IMG/VR virus record: IMGVR_UViG_3300029336_000005 | DNA length: 46,909 bases | Source of the DNA: a virus | Strand: one strand, 5' to 3' | Shown here: one piece after another, positions 17,557 to 26,794 of the stretch | Layout of the letters: each line of letters opens with the position of its first letter | Numbering within the stretch: the first letter of the stretch is position 1 | Program-made: the position numbers and the translations under genes | The notes under the pieces: model-generated | What the model saw: only the letters and a program-made list of their open reading frames with translations | Told to the model about the DNA's origin: nothing | Database searches by the model: none

Positions 17557-17899
17557 AAATAAAGGAGCTACTGGAGAGCGGGAAGTCGCGAGTATACTCC
17601 GGGGGTACGGGTATAAAAAAGCCAGGAGAGGCCAGCAGTACAGCGGAGCAAACGGTGATGCGGATGTAGTTGGCCTTCCTGGCATCCATATCGAAGTTAA
17701 GAGAAGAGAGCGTCTTAACATATACGATGCAATAGACCAGGCCAAGAGAGACAGAAAGTCGGATGAACTTCCAGCTGTGTTCCACCGCAAGAATCATTGT
17801 GAATGGCTTGTAACTATGACATTAGAGGACTGGATGCAGTTATACGGGGAATGGGAGGCTGGTTATGGATTATGTGAAGATCAGCAGGAAAATCCTTGA
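17546..17899 (+). CDS. PD-(D/E)XK Holliday-junction resolvase-like nuclease
   Basis: KGATGEREVASIL...GDADVVGLPGIHIEVKRRE (D...E-x-K pattern). Confidence 0.6.
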   Translation: MNSRNKGATGEREVASILRGYGYKKARRGQQYSGANGDADVVGLPGIHIEVKRRERLNIYDAIDQAKRDRKSDELPAVFHRKNHCEWLVTMTLEDWMQLYGEWEAGYGLCEDQQENP

Positions 17900-18626
17900 A
17901 TGGGAATGGTACACCGACATCAACACCAAGGTGCTGTTCCTACATATCCTTTTAAAAGCGAACTGGAAGCCTGGAAGGTTCCAGGGGACAGACGTTCCGA
18001 GAGGATCGTTTGTCACATCTCAGCAGAATCTTGCTCTGGAAACTGGCCTCACACTTAAGAATGTGAGAACGGCACTAAAACATCTGGAAAATACAGGCGA
18101 GGTGGCAGTCAACCGACACCCGAAATTCAGCATAATTACAATAAAAAACTATGATAAGTATCAGTCAGGTGGCAGTCAAGTGGCAGTCAACGGGCAGTCA
18201 GGTGGCAGTCAAGTGGCAACAATAGAAGAAGGAAAGAAGGAAAGAAGGGAAGAATATAATAAATCTCCTAAAGGAGATTATGAGAGTAGAACTCCGGAAA
18301 GCAGCATCTACGCCACGATTCGTGAATTATACAATTCCGTTTGTGGGTCGTATCCCCGCCTGGTAAAGATGTCTGATGCAAGAAAAAAGGCGATCAATGC
18401 CAGATTGAAGACAGGATATACTCTTGACGACTTCCGAAAACTGTTTGAAAAAGCAGAAGCTTCTGACTTCATGAAAGGAGCCAACAAACGTAACTGGTCA
18501 GCTACTTTTGACTGGATGATTTGCGATTCTAACATGGCGAAAGTGCTTGACGGGAACTACGATCCAAGAGATCAGGGAGGGGTGAAGGATGAATCAGAAC
18601 CAGCAAATTCAGTCCGACTCTGGTGA
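17865..18626 (+). CDS. Replication initiator / replisome organiser (winged-helix N-terminus, conserved phage C-terminus)
   Basis: MDYVKISRKILEWEWY...LETGLTLKNVRTALKHLENTGE. It contains the iteron array and is followed by the DnaC-like loader. Confidence 0.7.
   Translation: MDYVKISRKILEWEWYTDINTKVLFLHILLKANWKPGRFQGTDVPRGSFVTSQQNLALETGLTLKNVRTALKHLENTGEVAVNRHPKFSIITIKNYDKYQSGGSQVAVNGQSGGSQVATIEEGKKERREEYNKSPKGDYESRTPESSIYATIRELYNSVCGSYPRLVKMSDARKKAINARLKTGYTLDDFRKLFEKAEASDFMKGANKRNWSATFDWMICDSNMAKVLDGNYDPRDQGGVKDESEPANSVRLW
18162..18216 (+). repeat. Five tandem 11-bp iterons CAGTCA(G/A)(G/A/C)(T/G)GG inside the initiator gene (candidate ori); an extra copy at 18101-18112
   Basis: Read directly: cagtcaggtgg cagtcaagtgg cagtcaacggg cagtcaggtgg cagtcaagtgg. 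Translated as QSGGSQVAVNGQSGGSQVA. Confidence 0.75.
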
Positions 18627-19353
18627 GTGTCCAGTGTGCCACGGGACAGGCTGGGAGCTGTACACAGCAACTGTTGTTGATTACGGTCTTCCGGAGGAAA
18701 TTACATTTGCGCAAAGATGTTCAAAGTGCAGAGGGCAGTTCCGGGGTGAAGACAGAACAGGCACTCCGAAGGAATATCATGATGCAGATCTGACAAAGTT
18801 TGACTTTAACATTTATTCACACGACATGGGGAAGATGCAGGATCTGTGTCATAACTTCCTGGACCATTTTCAGAAATGGGAGATGGCAGGAAAAGGGTTG
18901 TATCTGTGGAGCCGGACACCTGGAAGCGGAAAGACTTTCCTGGCCTGTTGCCTGGCCAAGTCCGTGATGATGAAATATAACCTGTCAATGCGTTTTGTCA
19001 CAGCTCCGGACTACATAGACGCTGTAGGAAACAGCTATAAACGCGAACGTGGAGAAGAAGATCCGAGCCAGATCTACCGTGAGTGCGGGATACTGGTTCT
19101 TGACGATATCGGAGCGCAGGCAGACAAGGACTGGCACAGGCAGGAGATCTTCCGGCTGGTTAATAAGCGCATGGAAGACGGAAACATCACAATCTACACA
19201 TCAAACATGAGCACAGATGCGTTAAACGTGGATGCAAGAACCAGAGACCGGATTATCAAAACAAGCATAGAGCTTCAGATGCCGGAAGAAAGCATCCGGA
19301 AGAAAGAAGCTGCCAGAGAGCAGAAAACGTTCCTGGCAAGCGTGATGGGATAA
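18589..19353 (+). CDS. DnaC/IstB-like AAA+ helicase loader with an N-terminal zinc finger
   Basis: CPVCHGTGW...CSKCRG. Walker A is TPGSGKTF and Walker B is LVLDDIG. Confidence 0.8.
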   Translation: MNQNQQIQSDSGECPVCHGTGWELYTATVVDYGLPEEITFAQRCSKCRGQFRGEDRTGTPKEYHDADLTKFDFNIYSHDMGKMQDLCHNFLDHFQKWEMAGKGLYLWSRTPGSGKTFLACCLAKSVMMKYNLSMRFVTAPDYIDAVGNSYKRERGEEDPSQIYRECGILVLDDIGAQADKDWHRQEIFRLVNKRMEDGNITIYTSNMSTDALNVDARTRDRIIKTSIELQMPEESIRKKEAAREQKTFLASVMG

Positions 19354-19363
19354 GGAGGGAAAT

Positions 19364-19918
19364 ATGTTACAGGAAACAAATTTGGAAATGGCCCTGAAAA
19401 AGGTGTTAGCTGGAAAGCGGGTGCTGGCAGCAGTTGAAAGAGAAAATGCTGCGAGGCATACATTCCGATCACTGAATGAGATTTTGAAGAAATATACATT
19501 TTTGATCGACGTACCGGCAATCGAGGATCCTGATTTTAAAGAGAAAGTAATGGAGATGGTTCAGAGCGTTCCGGCAGCTGCGAAAGGCTCAGAAAAAAAA
19601 GTAGAGGAATCGCGCAGGATCATGTATAACGAAGAGAAAAAGTATTCCGGCTTTCTGCATATCCGGTGTAAATGTGGAGCAGAAAAGAGCTTTTTCACGA
19701 AGACAGGACTGAGCTTTTACAAATGCGCAGAATGCGGGGAGCGAACAGAACTGAAAGATCTGAAGCTTGCATTCCTTCACTGCGAATGCGGAGAACATCT
19801 TCGATATCTCACAAATGAAACAGAAAGAATGTTCGATCTGAATTGCATAGATTGCGGGCAGCCGGTAGCAATGAAATACAATGAAAAGAAGAAACTGTAT
19901 GAAACAATCAGAGGATAA
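19364..19918 (+). CDS. Hypothetical protein with C-terminal multi-CxxC zinc ribbons
   Basis: CKCG...CAECG...CECG...CIDCG. Confidence 0.5.
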   Translation: MLQETNLEMALKKVLAGKRVLAAVERENAARHTFRSLNEILKKYTFLIDVPAIEDPDFKEKVMEMVQSVPAAAKGSEKKVEESRRIMYNEEKKYSGFLHIRCKCGAEKSFFTKTGLSFYKCAECGERTELKDLKLAFLHCECGEHLRYLTNETERMFDLNCIDCGQPVAMKYNEKKKLYETIRG

Positions 19919-20007
19919 AATCCTCACATGAAAATGGGTGTTATCGAAAATCCGAATATATCACAAATACATAAGGGGAGGCCCTGACCTCCCCGGAAAG
20001 GGGCGAA

Positions 20008-20415
20008 ATGTTATTTCCGAAACAGAAAAGTAAGAAAAAGAGAATGCGCCATCCGGCCAGTGTTCTACATAGCAAAGGCAGTAGAACCTGTTATCTTTGT
20101 GTGATGTTACATGATAACTGGAATGAACACAGGATCCTGGACGAACATCACGTGTTTGGAGGGACGAACCGGAAGAACTCTGAAGAATATGGTCTGAAAG
20201 TATATCTGTGCCACAATCACCATATCTACGGCCCTGAAGCAGTACATAACAACGCAGAGATCCGCCACGAATTGCAGCGAATAGCGCAAAGAGAATTTGA
20301 AAAACGATATGGACATGCAAAGTTCATGGAGGTATTTGGACGAAACTATCTCGACCAGGAGGAGATGAAAGAGGATGTACAAACAGAAATTCAAGGAGAG
20401 CCAGCAAATTCATAA
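20008..20415 (+). CDS. Cys/His-rich HNH-like protein
   Basis: CYLC...LDEHHVFGGTNRKNSEEYGLKVYLCHNHH. Confidence 0.4.
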   Translation: MLFPKQKSKKKRMRHPASVLHSKGSRTCYLCVMLHDNWNEHRILDEHHVFGGTNRKNSEEYGLKVYLCHNHHIYGPEAVHNNAEIRHELQRIAQREFEKRYGHAKFMEVFGRNYLDQEEMKEDVQTEIQGEPANS

Positions 20416-20641
20416 AGACATATATCTGTACATCTGCCGGTATATCAAAGAACATCGGTACGCACCGTCTTACAAAGAGATCGCCGACGGGGTTGGCGTG
20501 TCAAACGCCACGGTACTTCGTCACATGGACATGCTGCGGACAGATGGGCTGATCGAAACGGATCACCCGAAGACGCCGAGAGCGTTCCGGTTGACGGGAT
20601 ATGAGTTCGTGACAAGGAGGAAGAAACATGAAACTGTATGA
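20375..20641 (+). CDS. LexA-N-terminal-like winged-helix DNA-binding protein
   Basis: IYLYICRYIKEHRYAPSYKEIADGVGVSNATVLRHMDMLRTDGLIE. Confidence 0.55.
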   Translation: MYKQKFKESQQIHKDIYLYICRYIKEHRYAPSYKEIADGVGVSNATVLRHMDMLRTDGLIETDHPKTPRAFRLTGYEFVTRRKKHETV

Positions 20642-20876
20642 GCTGTTCAAAGGCACTGAATACGTTGGAGAGTTCACCCTTGACGAGATCATAAGCATCA
20701 CAGGAGCACATCGGAGCGCACTACTCAACAGCGTGGCGCGCGGCGTTCTCGTAAATGACTTGTGGGACATCTCTCCGGCTTATGATCGGACTTTAAACCG
20801 GAATGACGACAATTCATTGCTTAAGCAGTTTGAAGCCGTTGCAGGGCAGATTAGGAGGTGTGTGAAGCGTGAGTAG
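20628..20876 (+). CDS. Hypothetical protein
   Basis: RBS aggagg upstream, and tightly packed in the operon. Confidence 0.4.
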   Translation: MKLYELFKGTEYVGEFTLDEIISITGAHRSALLNSVARGVLVNDLWDISPAYDRTLNRNDDNSLLKQFEAVAGQIRRCVKRE

Positions 20877-21255
20877 TAAACTTAAAGTAAAGCCACGGAA
20901 GCAGAGACTTCCTCTAGCTCAGTCCAACCAGGCAGCACAGGCATTTGGGCGAGCTATGATTAACTGCCATAGCCAGATCAAAAGTATGGAAAGAGAAGCT
21001 TATGAGAATGGATTCAATGATGGAGAAGATTGGGCTGATACGATTAACGTCGTTACAACCATGATGGCTCTGAGGCGTTTATATGGCTTTTCTACGAAGC
21101 GTTTGCTCGCAGTCATGCAAACTGCCAACGAATACGTCAAAATGGCAAATAGGGGCGAAATGAGCGTCCTGAGCATGATACAGGACATTGAAGAGAACAC
21201 AGATGTAATATTTGATGAGATGAATAAGAATCTGGTTAAGAAGATGGGAGTTTAA
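20869..21255 (+). CDS. Hypothetical protein
   Basis: GTG start after aggaggtg. 128 aa. Confidence 0.4.
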   Translation: MSSKLKVKPRKQRLPLAQSNQAAQAFGRAMINCHSQIKSMEREAYENGFNDGEDWADTINVVTTMMALRRLYGFSTKRLLAVMQTANEYVKMANRGEMSVLSMIQDIEENTDVIFDEMNKNLVKKMGV

Positions 21256-21256
21256 A

Positions 21257-22921
21257 ATGAAATTTATAGATTTTTTCGCAGGAATCGGAGGATTTCGCAG
21301 GGGAATGGAATTAGCAGGGCATGAATGCGTTGGTTTTTGCGAATTCGATAAATTTGCCACTGCGAGTTACATCTCAATGCACTTGCTGACAGAAGAGCAG
21401 CGAAAGGCATTGGAAGATATTCCTATCAAGAAAAGACAGAAAGAAATATTAAAGGAGGAATACAGAAATGGAGAATGGTATGCAAATGACATTCGAAGAG
21501 TGTATGCCGGAGACATTCCCAAAGCAGACTGCTGGTGCTTCGGATTCCCTTGCCAGGACATATCCGTTGCAGGAAAACAAGCTGGATTTCAAGGAAACCG
21601 TTCAAGCCTGTTTTTCAGAGTTATGTACCTTGTCGGACAACTCAAAGAAGAAGATAAACCCACTTACCTTTTCATTGAGAACGTTAAAAATCTGCTTAGT
21701 GTTAATGGAGGATGGGATTTCGCCCGATTGCTCATTGAAATGGAGCAGTGTAGGTATGATGCAGAATGGCAGGTGCTCAACTCTAAAGATTTCGGAGTGC
21801 CACAAAACCGGGAAAGATGTTTTATTATCGGACATCTTAGAGGGAGAAGTACCTCAAAAGTATTTCCTCTCGAAGGAACAGACGGAAAAAATAGTGTTTC
21901 GTTAAATCTTTTCGGCTGTCTTAATGGCAGAAATTCACAACGAGACAGAGTTTATAGTGACGATGGGTTGGCACCAACAATCAGTACGAAGCTGGAAGGA
22001 AACACAGAACCCAAAGTATCCATATTATTTGATACAAGTTATATTGGTCAAGATGGAAAAGCACGCATATATGAAAATATTTGTCCAACACTAACAAGCA
22101 GAGATTATAAAGAACCTAGAAGTGTCGGAGTAGTATGCAATGTGAATCCGTCAGGAAAAGGAATGAACGGAAATGTGTATGATTCGACTGGTTTAAGTCC
22201 TACTTTAACAACAAATAAAGGAGAGGGAAATAAGATCGCAATTCCAGTTCTCACTCCAGATCGTGCAGAAAAACGTCAGAATGGAAGAAGATTCAAAGAT
22301 GATGGTGAGCCAATGTTCACATTAACATCGCAGGATAGACACGGGGTCGCAATTGATCCGCTCGGAGTATTACGTAACGTTCGCACAGAATATGGAAAAG
22401 AAATCCGTAAAGATTACGAAAGTGGAAAACTTGATATTTCCGGGCATGAATTTCTTGCTAATGAAATCAGAGAAGATGGAATTGCAAATACATTGTCTAC
22501 AGTCCAGAAAGATAATCAGCTTGCAGTAAAAGTAGTAGAAGCAACTAAGCAAGGATATTCAGAGTGCAGAGTCGGTATTGATGCAGTGAATTTATCAGCT
22601 CCAGGTAGTAAAACCAGACACGGAAGAGTCGGAAAAGAAGTTGCCAATACGCTAGATACAAGCTGTAATCAAGGCATATTTGTGAAAATTTCCGATGAGT
22701 TAATTGTATATGCAGTCTGGTATGAAAAATATCAGTGTTACATAGCAATTCGGAAGCTGACACCGAAAGAATGTTTTCGGCTGCAAGGTTGGTCTGATGA
22801 TTATTTTGAGAAAGCCCAGTTCGTAAATTCTGACAGTCAGTTATACAAACAGGCAGGGAACGGAGTAACAGTGACAGTTATAGAAGCCATAGCAAGAAAA
22901 ATGAACGTAAATCTAAATTGA
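21257..22921 (+). CDS. DNA (cytosine-5)-methyltransferase with a very long variable (target-recognition) region
   Basis: Motifs FAGIGGF (I), GFPCQDIS (IV), ENV (VI), QNRERCFIIG (VIII) and QAGNGVTV (X). About 290 aa lie between VIII and the C-terminal motifs. Confidence 0.9.
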   Translation: MKFIDFFAGIGGFRRGMELAGHECVGFCEFDKFATASYISMHLLTEEQRKALEDIPIKKRQKEILKEEYRNGEWYANDIRRVYAGDIPKADCWCFGFPCQDISVAGKQAGFQGNRSSLFFRVMYLVGQLKEEDKPTYLFIENVKNLLSVNGGWDFARLLIEMEQCRYDAEWQVLNSKDFGVPQNRERCFIIGHLRGRSTSKVFPLEGTDGKNSVSLNLFGCLNGRNSQRDRVYSDDGLAPTISTKLEGNTEPKVSILFDTSYIGQDGKARIYENICPTLTSRDYKEPRSVGVVCNVNPSGKGMNGNVYDSTGLSPTLTTNKGEGNKIAIPVLTPDRAEKRQNGRRFKDDGEPMFTLTSQDRHGVAIDPLGVLRNVRTEYGKEIRKDYESGKLDISGHEFLANEIREDGIANTLSTVQKDNQLAVKVVEATKQGYSECRVGIDAVNLSAPGSKTRHGRVGKEVANTLDTSCNQGIFVKISDELIVYAVWYEKYQCYIAIRKLTPKECFRLQGWSDDYFEKAQFVNSDSQLYKQAGNGVTVTVIEAIARKMNVNLN

Positions 22922-22925
22922 TAGC

Positions 22926-23132
22926 GTGTCAGTTGCTTACATGGGGAAAGTGAGGATGGAAATGAAGGGCATTCTTATTGATGAAGAAACTTACAGCAAA
23001 ATGGATGAGTATGACCAGAATCTATGCGATACGTGTCAGTCTTACGGAGACAATTATTTCGATGGAGAATACTTTTGCGGAGAATGCGAAAACTATAAGG
23101 CTTATCACAAGGAGGATGGAAATGAAAAATAA
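22926..23132 (+). CDS. Small Cys-rich protein
   Basis: CDTCQSYG...CGECENY. The real start is probably an internal ATG (22956 or 22962) after gtgagg. Confidence 0.4.
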   Translation: MSVAYMGKVRMEMKGILIDEETYSKMDEYDQNLCDTCQSYGDNYFDGEYFCGECENYKAYHKEDGNEK

Positions 23133-23373
23133 TAATTACACTTCATTTTTCAAAACGAAACCAAAGAAAGTAGAGAGATACATTCGTTGCAGAAAATGTG
23201 GTGGGAATATGGAATGGAGTAGGGACTTTCCACCACAAATCAAATGTACGAAGTGCGGATATACTGTATATCCACAACCTTATGAGCCAGATTGTATTAA
23301 ACTGCCAGAAACATTGGAAGAATATTTTGAATTATGTGAGAAAATGAGGATGAAAAATGAAATTCAAAAGTAA
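23122..23373 (+). CDS. Small zinc-ribbon protein
   Basis: CRKCGG...CTKCG. ATG follows aaggagga. Confidence 0.45.
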   Translation: MKNNNYTSFFKTKPKKVERYIRCRKCGGNMEWSRDFPPQIKCTKCGYTVYPQPYEPDCIKLPETLEEYFELCEKMRMKNEIQK

Positions 23374-23644
23374 TGCTAAGTATAACGAAGAGCCTAAAAC
23401 CGGAAGTATTTTTGCCTTAAAATACAATTCTTTAAGAATCATTATTCACAAATATGTTGGCTATGGAGATGCACTGTTTCTCAACTGTAGTGTATTGAAT
23501 ATTTACAACTACGATCTCAGAACAGAGGATTTTAACGAAGCTGTCAGCAAAGCGAAAGAAATTATCATGTGTGGAGTCAAGAAAATCAGGGAGGATTCAT
23601 ACCGGTTTTACACAGATAACAATATTGAATTTGACAGATATTAG
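23357..23644 (+). CDS. Hypothetical protein
   Basis: 95-aa ORF with overlapping stop/start packing. Confidence 0.4.
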   Translation: MKFKSNAKYNEEPKTGSIFALKYNSLRIIIHKYVGYGDALFLNCSVLNIYNYDLRTEDFNEAVSKAKEIIMCGVKKIREDSYRFYTDNNIEFDRY

Positions 23645-23655
23645 GAGGACACAAA

Positions 23656-23889
23656 ATGTTAATCAGAAGCCAGGACAAGGAAATTTTAGCTAATATGGAA
23701 GGCCCGATTGCTATAGAGATTTTAGGCGATGGTAAGGGACATGCAACCATGTATTGGAAAGATAGCTATGCGCTTGGGACTTATTCATCGAAGGAAAAAA
23801 CAATCAAAGTACTGGATATGATTCAGGAAGCCTATGTAAATGGACATATTGATTATCAGATGCCAGCGGATAGTGAGGTGGAAGTATGA
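23656..23889 (+). CDS. Hypothetical protein
   Basis: RBS taggagga upstream. Confidence 0.4.
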   Translation: MLIRSQDKEILANMEGPIAIEILGDGKGHATMYWKDSYALGTYSSKEKTIKVLDMIQEAYVNGHIDYQMPADSEVEV

Positions 23890-24230
23890 GCCATATCAAA
23901 GACAGATTGTCCAGTTATCATGATTGGATGCAAGATATTGTAAATAGATACAAATTGGTTACTGCTAGAGATTTTCTAGAAATGATAGAACAGCTTCAAG
24001 AGGATCTGGAACAGGATGAGAAAGAAAACGGATGGATTCCAGTCAGTGAGAGATTGCCGGAGAAACGTAAAGATGTAATCGCAACTGTTAGATATAGCGG
24101 TTTTTGTGGAATGCACGGAATATGGTTAAAAACAGCGTTCATTGATAACTATGGTGAATGGAATGGAGAATGTATAGGCGGTGAAGTTATTGCATGGATG
24201 CCACTTCCAGAACCGTATAAGGAGGTTTAA
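23886..24230 (+). CDS. DUF551-like protein
   Basis: GWIPVSERLPEK...AWMPLPEPYKE. Confidence 0.5.
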   Translation: MSHIKDRLSSYHDWMQDIVNRYKLVTARDFLEMIEQLQEDLEQDEKENGWIPVSERLPEKRKDVIATVRYSGFCGMHGIWLKTAFIDNYGEWNGECIGGEVIAWMPLPEPYKEV

Positions 24231-24232
24231 AC

Positions 24233-24406
24233 ATGATTGAATATATCGGTAAAGACACCAAAGAAATTGGTGATGCCCTGAACACGCTGGTTCAAAAATG
24301 TGCAGAAGCAGGGGGTTACGAACTTGAATGCACTATATCTTACGAGGGCGATCTGAAGCTTGATTGTTATTTTACATTCAAAACGCACGAGGAGGATGAG
24401 CCATGA
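24233..24406 (+). CDS. 57-aa hypothetical protein
   Basis: RBS aaggaggt upstream, ATGA overlap with the next ORF. Confidence 0.35.
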   Translation: MIEYIGKDTKEIGDALNTLVQKCAEAGGYELECTISYEGDLKLDCYFTFKTHEEDEP

Positions 24407-24504
24407 TCACATTCTTATTAGGATTCACCCTTGGAATCATATTCGGAGTAGTCGGTCTTGCATGTGCAGCAATCATGTACGACAAACACCACCCAGACGA
24501 ATAG
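24403..24504 (+). CDS. 33-aa single-TM peptide (MITFLLGFTLGIIFGVVGLACAAIMYDKHHPDE)
   Basis: RBS gaggagga upstream, and the hydrophobic core was read directly. Confidence 0.35.
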   Translation: MITFLLGFTLGIIFGVVGLACAAIMYDKHHPDE

Positions 24505-24514
24505 AAAGGAAGCT

Positions 24515-25423
24515 ATGAGAATACAACTTATAGATGTTGATGGACATAATTTTCCGAATTTGCCATTGATGAAAATATCGGCATGGCATAAGGGAAAAGG
24601 TGACTCCGTAGAATGGTACGACCCATTAACAGCATGGATAAATCCACCAGATAAGGTATATATGAGCAAGGTATTTACATTTACGCCGGATTATCCGCAT
24701 CCTGTATGTGCAACGGAAATCATAAAAGGTGGCACGGGATATGAGTATCCGTCTGGTGGACAGTTGCTACCGGATGAAATTGAACATATTTATCCTGATT
24801 ATAGTCTTTATCCAGAATTATGCAAAGATACCGCTTATGGCTTTCTTACAAGAGGATGCCCTAGAGGGTGCGATTTTTGTATCGTAAAAGACAAAGAAGG
24901 AAAGAAAAGCTGTAAAGTAGCTGATTTATCTGAATTTTGGAATGGGCAAAAGAACATTATCTTGTTTGATCCGAACATGTTCGCTTGTACAGAATGGAAA
25001 AGTCTATCTGAACAGTTAATAGACAGTGAAGCATATATAGATTTTTCACAAGGCTGCGATATTCGGATTATGACCGAAGAAAAGGCGAATTACATTAAGC
25101 AAATGAAAATAAAACAGATTCATTTTGCGTGGGACAGATATGAAGACAAAGGCATAATTATCCCGAAATTCCAAATGTTTAAAGAAATAACTAATTGGGA
25201 TCGCAGAAAGATGTCTGTATATGTGTTAACAAATTTCAACACCACATTTGAACAGGATCTGGAAAGAGTATATACACTTCGGGATTTAGGGTATTGGCCT
25301 TACATAATGATTTTTGATAAGCAAAACACAAAGCCTACTGATTCTGTCAGAAGATTACAGCGATGGGTAAATATGAGGGCTACGTTTGAAAGTGTAAAAA
25401 AGTTTGAGGATTATACAGGATAG
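24515..25423 (+). CDS. Radical SAM enzyme of unknown function
   Basis: GCPRGCDFC (CxxxCxxC cluster). The N-terminus MRIQLIDVDGHNFPNLPLMKISAWHK resembles a B12-like or Rossmann-like lead-in. ATG 24515 follows gaaagga. Confidence 0.7.
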   Translation: MRIQLIDVDGHNFPNLPLMKISAWHKGKGDSVEWYDPLTAWINPPDKVYMSKVFTFTPDYPHPVCATEIIKGGTGYEYPSGGQLLPDEIEHIYPDYSLYPELCKDTAYGFLTRGCPRGCDFCIVKDKEGKKSCKVADLSEFWNGQKNIILFDPNMFACTEWKSLSEQLIDSEAYIDFSQGCDIRIMTEEKANYIKQMKIKQIHFAWDRYEDKGIIIPKFQMFKEITNWDRRKMSVYVLTNFNTTFEQDLERVYTLRDLGYWPYIMIFDKQNTKPTDSVRRLQRWVNMRATFESVKKFEDYTG

Positions 25424-25437
25424 AAAGGAGCAACAGT

Positions 25438-25752
25438 ATGCTGACAAGGAATAAAAAACTGAAAGATTACGGTATTCCGGCAGAAGACATTGAAAAATTG
25501 AACACAATGCTGAAAGACTTCCCGGCAGAGTACGGATACCTGCTTACCGGTGCCGCCTTGTCAGCTTGCCCGAAAAACACGGTGATAGCGGATATGGTTA
25601 TTGAGAATATCCTACATCGGAAAAGTTATAGGAAAATTAGCAGAGAAAGATATATCCCGATGAATCCGAAAGACTTTTATGGATACAGGCGCAAGACCGT
25701 CGCTGTACTGTATGAGAGAATGCGGTTGTTGGGAGTGTGGGAGGAAAAATAA
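25438..25752 (+). CDS. Hypothetical protein (weak resemblance to small phage transcription activators)
   Basis: C-terminal KISRERYIP...FYGYRRKTVAVLYERMRLLG. Not conclusive. Confidence 0.3.
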   Translation: MLTRNKKLKDYGIPAEDIEKLNTMLKDFPAEYGYLLTGAALSACPKNTVIADMVIENILHRKSYRKISRERYIPMNPKDFYGYRRKTVAVLYERMRLLGVWEEK

Positions 25753-26133
25753 ATGAAAGAATATAAATGTCCAAAGTGCAATAGTAAAAACCTTTTTGTC
25801 AAGAAAGTTGGGAATAATACGGGATTGTATTGCGTGGATTGCGGTGCATGGATTAAATGGGTCGGGAAAAATGAGCTGAGAGCGTTTGAATATTTAACTA
25901 AGCAGAAACACGTAGACGATGCTAATAGTAAACAAGACGATATTGCAAACATCATTTACGGCACTCTCGATCATATGTATTGCGATAATTGCAGATTCAA
26001 TAGCGAAATTAAAGAAAGTGATAATGGTGAATGGAACTGTGATGAATGCCACAGAAAATATAATGGATGGGGAGTTTCCATGCAGGAAAGTAATAAAATT
26101 GCAAAAGAAATTTTAAAACAGTTAGGAGAATAG
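25753..26133 (+). CDS. Zinc-ribbon protein
   Basis: CPKCNS...CVDCG...CDNC...CDEC. Confidence 0.45.
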   Translation: MKEYKCPKCNSKNLFVKKVGNNTGLYCVDCGAWIKWVGKNELRAFEYLTKQKHVDDANSKQDDIANIIYGTLDHMYCDNCRFNSEIKESDNGEWNCDECHRKYNGWGVSMQESNKIAKEILKQLGE

Positions 26134-26136
26134 AAT

Positions 26137-26397
26137 ATGAGCAGACTGATTGATGCAGACGAATTAATCAAATACATCAAAATTTGGGAAATTGGCACAA
26201 GTATTAGTTCTGACCAGAAAGAGTTTATTGATTGTGTTAACAGACAGCCGACAGCATTTGATGTGGATAAGGTTATTGGTGAATTGAAAAGAGATAAATT
26301 CGTTGAATCAGAATGTATCTTATCTGACATACATCAAGGATATAATGCTGGACTGAACAGAGCAATAGAAATTGTAAAAGGTGGTGGAGTTGAATGA
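26137..26397 (+). CDS. Hypothetical protein
   Basis: MSRLIDADELIKYI N-terminus. Operon packing. Confidence 0.4.
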   Translation: MSRLIDADELIKYIKIWEIGTSISSDQKEFIDCVNRQPTAFDVDKVIGELKRDKFVESECILSDIHQGYNAGLNRAIEIVKGGGVE

Positions 26398-26549
26398 GTA
26401 AAGGAAAAGACATTTCGACTATGTTTACAAGAGAAGAAAATAAAAAGAATGGAAGACTCGGATATGGAATGGCTACCAGAGAGAAGGAAGATACTATCAT
26501 TCCAGCGCAGTACGGAGCATTCTTGCAGAAAAGAGGTAAGAGAAAATGA
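26394..26549 (+). CDS. 51-aa basic protein
   Basis: ATGA overlaps on both sides. Confidence 0.3.
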   Translation: MSKGKDISTMFTREENKKNGRLGYGMATREKEDTIIPAQYGAFLQKRGKRK

Positions 26550-26791
26550 GTAAATCAATATTAGTGATTGATACACCGGAGAAATGTATTTCGTGCATAT
26601 ATGTTGGTATATTCCATTATTTCTGCAGAATAAATTGCAAAGATATTAAGGACGTAAGTACTAAGCCTGATTGGTGCCCACTTATGGACTTACCAGAGAA
26701 AGACAATGGAGATTATCCGACCAATACATTTGATGCAGGATTTGCAGAAGGACGAAATCAGTGTATTGATGAGATTACAGGAGGAGAATGA
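26546..26791 (+). CDS. Small Cys-rich protein
   Basis: CISCIYVG...FCRINC...WCPL. Confidence 0.4.
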   Translation: MSKSILVIDTPEKCISCIYVGIFHYFCRINCKDIKDVSTKPDWCPLMDLPEKDNGDYPTNTFDAGFAEGRNQCIDEITGGE

Positions 26792-26794
26792 TGC

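Noticed and set aside
18162-18216. Short tandem repeats considered as a possible CRISPR array, as were the collagen-coding repeats at 5270-6180.
   Set aside because: The 11-bp units are contiguous with no spacers and lie inside an ORF. The repeats in the tail gene are in-frame protein repeats. No cas genes are present.
21468-21905. 145-aa plus-strand ORF in an alternative frame of the C5-methyltransferase.
   Set aside because: It is entirely nested in a gene whose conserved motifs are all in the other frame.
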